Shown here in pieces: positions 14,152 through 14,462 of a stretch of DNA of 14,462 bases. Position numbers and translations under genes: made by a program. The first letter of the stretch is position 1; every line of letters starts with the position of its first letter. The notes under the pieces were generated by a model. That model worked only from the letters and a program-made list of their open reading frames with translations, did no database searches and was not told where the DNA came from. The DNA is taken from the IMG/VR virus record IMGVR_UViG_3300033177_000056. One strand, 5' to 3'. This DNA is from a virus.

Positions 14152-14462
14152 CTAGACGATGCTGTTAACAACATACCGCAATCCGTCTATAGGGTGGTCA
14201 TCCTCCTTCACCACCTGGTCGTCCGTGCTTGATTCGTCCCACTCGTAGTTCTCGATGCAATGTATCAGCCAAGGTACATTCCAAGTAAGTTTCAGCTTAC
14301 CAGTTTCAAGCATAGATGCAATGTGCCTGATACCATACACCACCTGGTTGTCCGCCGGGTGTGCCTGATACATCCCATCGTTCAGCAGCTGCAGTATAAA
14401 GCTGGCCGCCGACGGATCCACCTCGATCGTCGATGGATAATACCTGACCTCCTCCCCCCCGG
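14152..14462 (-). CDS. terL: Terminase large subunit, C-terminal (nuclease) part; 14336-14462 duplicates bases 1-127
   Basis: ORF-track entry 14152..14421 continues in frame upstream to the window end (..VRYYPSTIEVDPSAASFILQ..). The frame matches the 1-1139 segment after subtracting 14,335. It carries a C-terminal DDHPIDGLRY motif typical of terminase RNaseH-like nucleases. Stop TAG is at 14154-14152. Confidence 0.9.
   Translation of the reverse strand, partial: GGEEVRYYPSTIEVDPSAASFILQLLNDGMYQAHPADNQVVYGIRHIASMLETGKLKLTWNVPWLIHCIENYEWDESSTDDQVVKEDDHPIDGLRYVVNSIV
14336..14462. repeat. Right copy of the exact 127-nt terminal direct repeat (identical to 1-127)
   Basis: Same as the left copy. 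Confidence 0.95.

Larger units (their letters stand above)
1..14335. mobile_element. One full unit of a ~14.3 kb circularly closing head-tail virus (or virus-like replicon) genome
   Basis: Terminal 127-nt exact overlap. The terminase, portal, scaffold and HK97-type capsid module plus a primase-helicase replication module are all on one strand. No flanking cellular genes are present. Confidence 0.8.

Noticed and set aside
13986-14168. A 60-aa plus-strand ORF encoding a hydrophobic, Cys-rich peptide (..VCVVMVCVLPTCYAVPCCGVCPRRCC) in the terL-portal gap
   Set aside because: Its composition is the direct consequence of translating the GT-rich tract (GTG/TGT/GGT/TGC codons). It has a TTG start, no SD, and overlaps both neighbouring genes in antisense. 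It would be worth a look only if transcript or peptide evidence appears.

Overview
The window is one complete, circularly closed copy of a very small head-tail virus-like genome. Bases 1-127 are identical to 14336-14462, giving a unit length of 14,335 bp. All 15 credible genes lie on the minus strand in four apparent transcription units. (1) terS-terL runs 1605 -> 1 and wraps to 14335 -> 14152, so terL is intact only across the junction. (2) Portal (14020-12590). (3) A long, translationally coupled structural operon (12532-4989) holding scaffold, HK97-fold major capsid protein, a 138-aa protein, a GT-B glycosyltransferase, a collagen-like fibre, a DUF2341/LamG-like protein, a 526-aa multi-collagen fibre with a CBM5/12-like module, a head-tail adaptor, a head-closure-like protein and a small tail-anchored membrane protein. 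(4) A replication/regulation operon (4807-2052) with a ribbon-helix-helix protein and a PrimPol-Zn-finger-D5/SF3 helicase fusion. Two large non-coding regions stand out. One is an AT-rich, iteron-plus-palindrome origin-like region (1606-2051). The other is a 181-nt region (4808-4988) with a GC-rich Y-shaped structure and a TATA box embedded in a palindrome. I could not recognise a tail tube, sheath, tape measure, baseplate, DNA polymerase, integrase or lysin. Expression signals look archaeal rather than bacterial: a BRE/TATA-like promoter, TATA elements centred 27 nt upstream of two SD-less first-gene ATGs, GGAGGTGA-like SDs on internal genes, and a hairpin-less T7 run. That host assignment is an inference. 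All family names come from motif recognition by eye; no searches were run.
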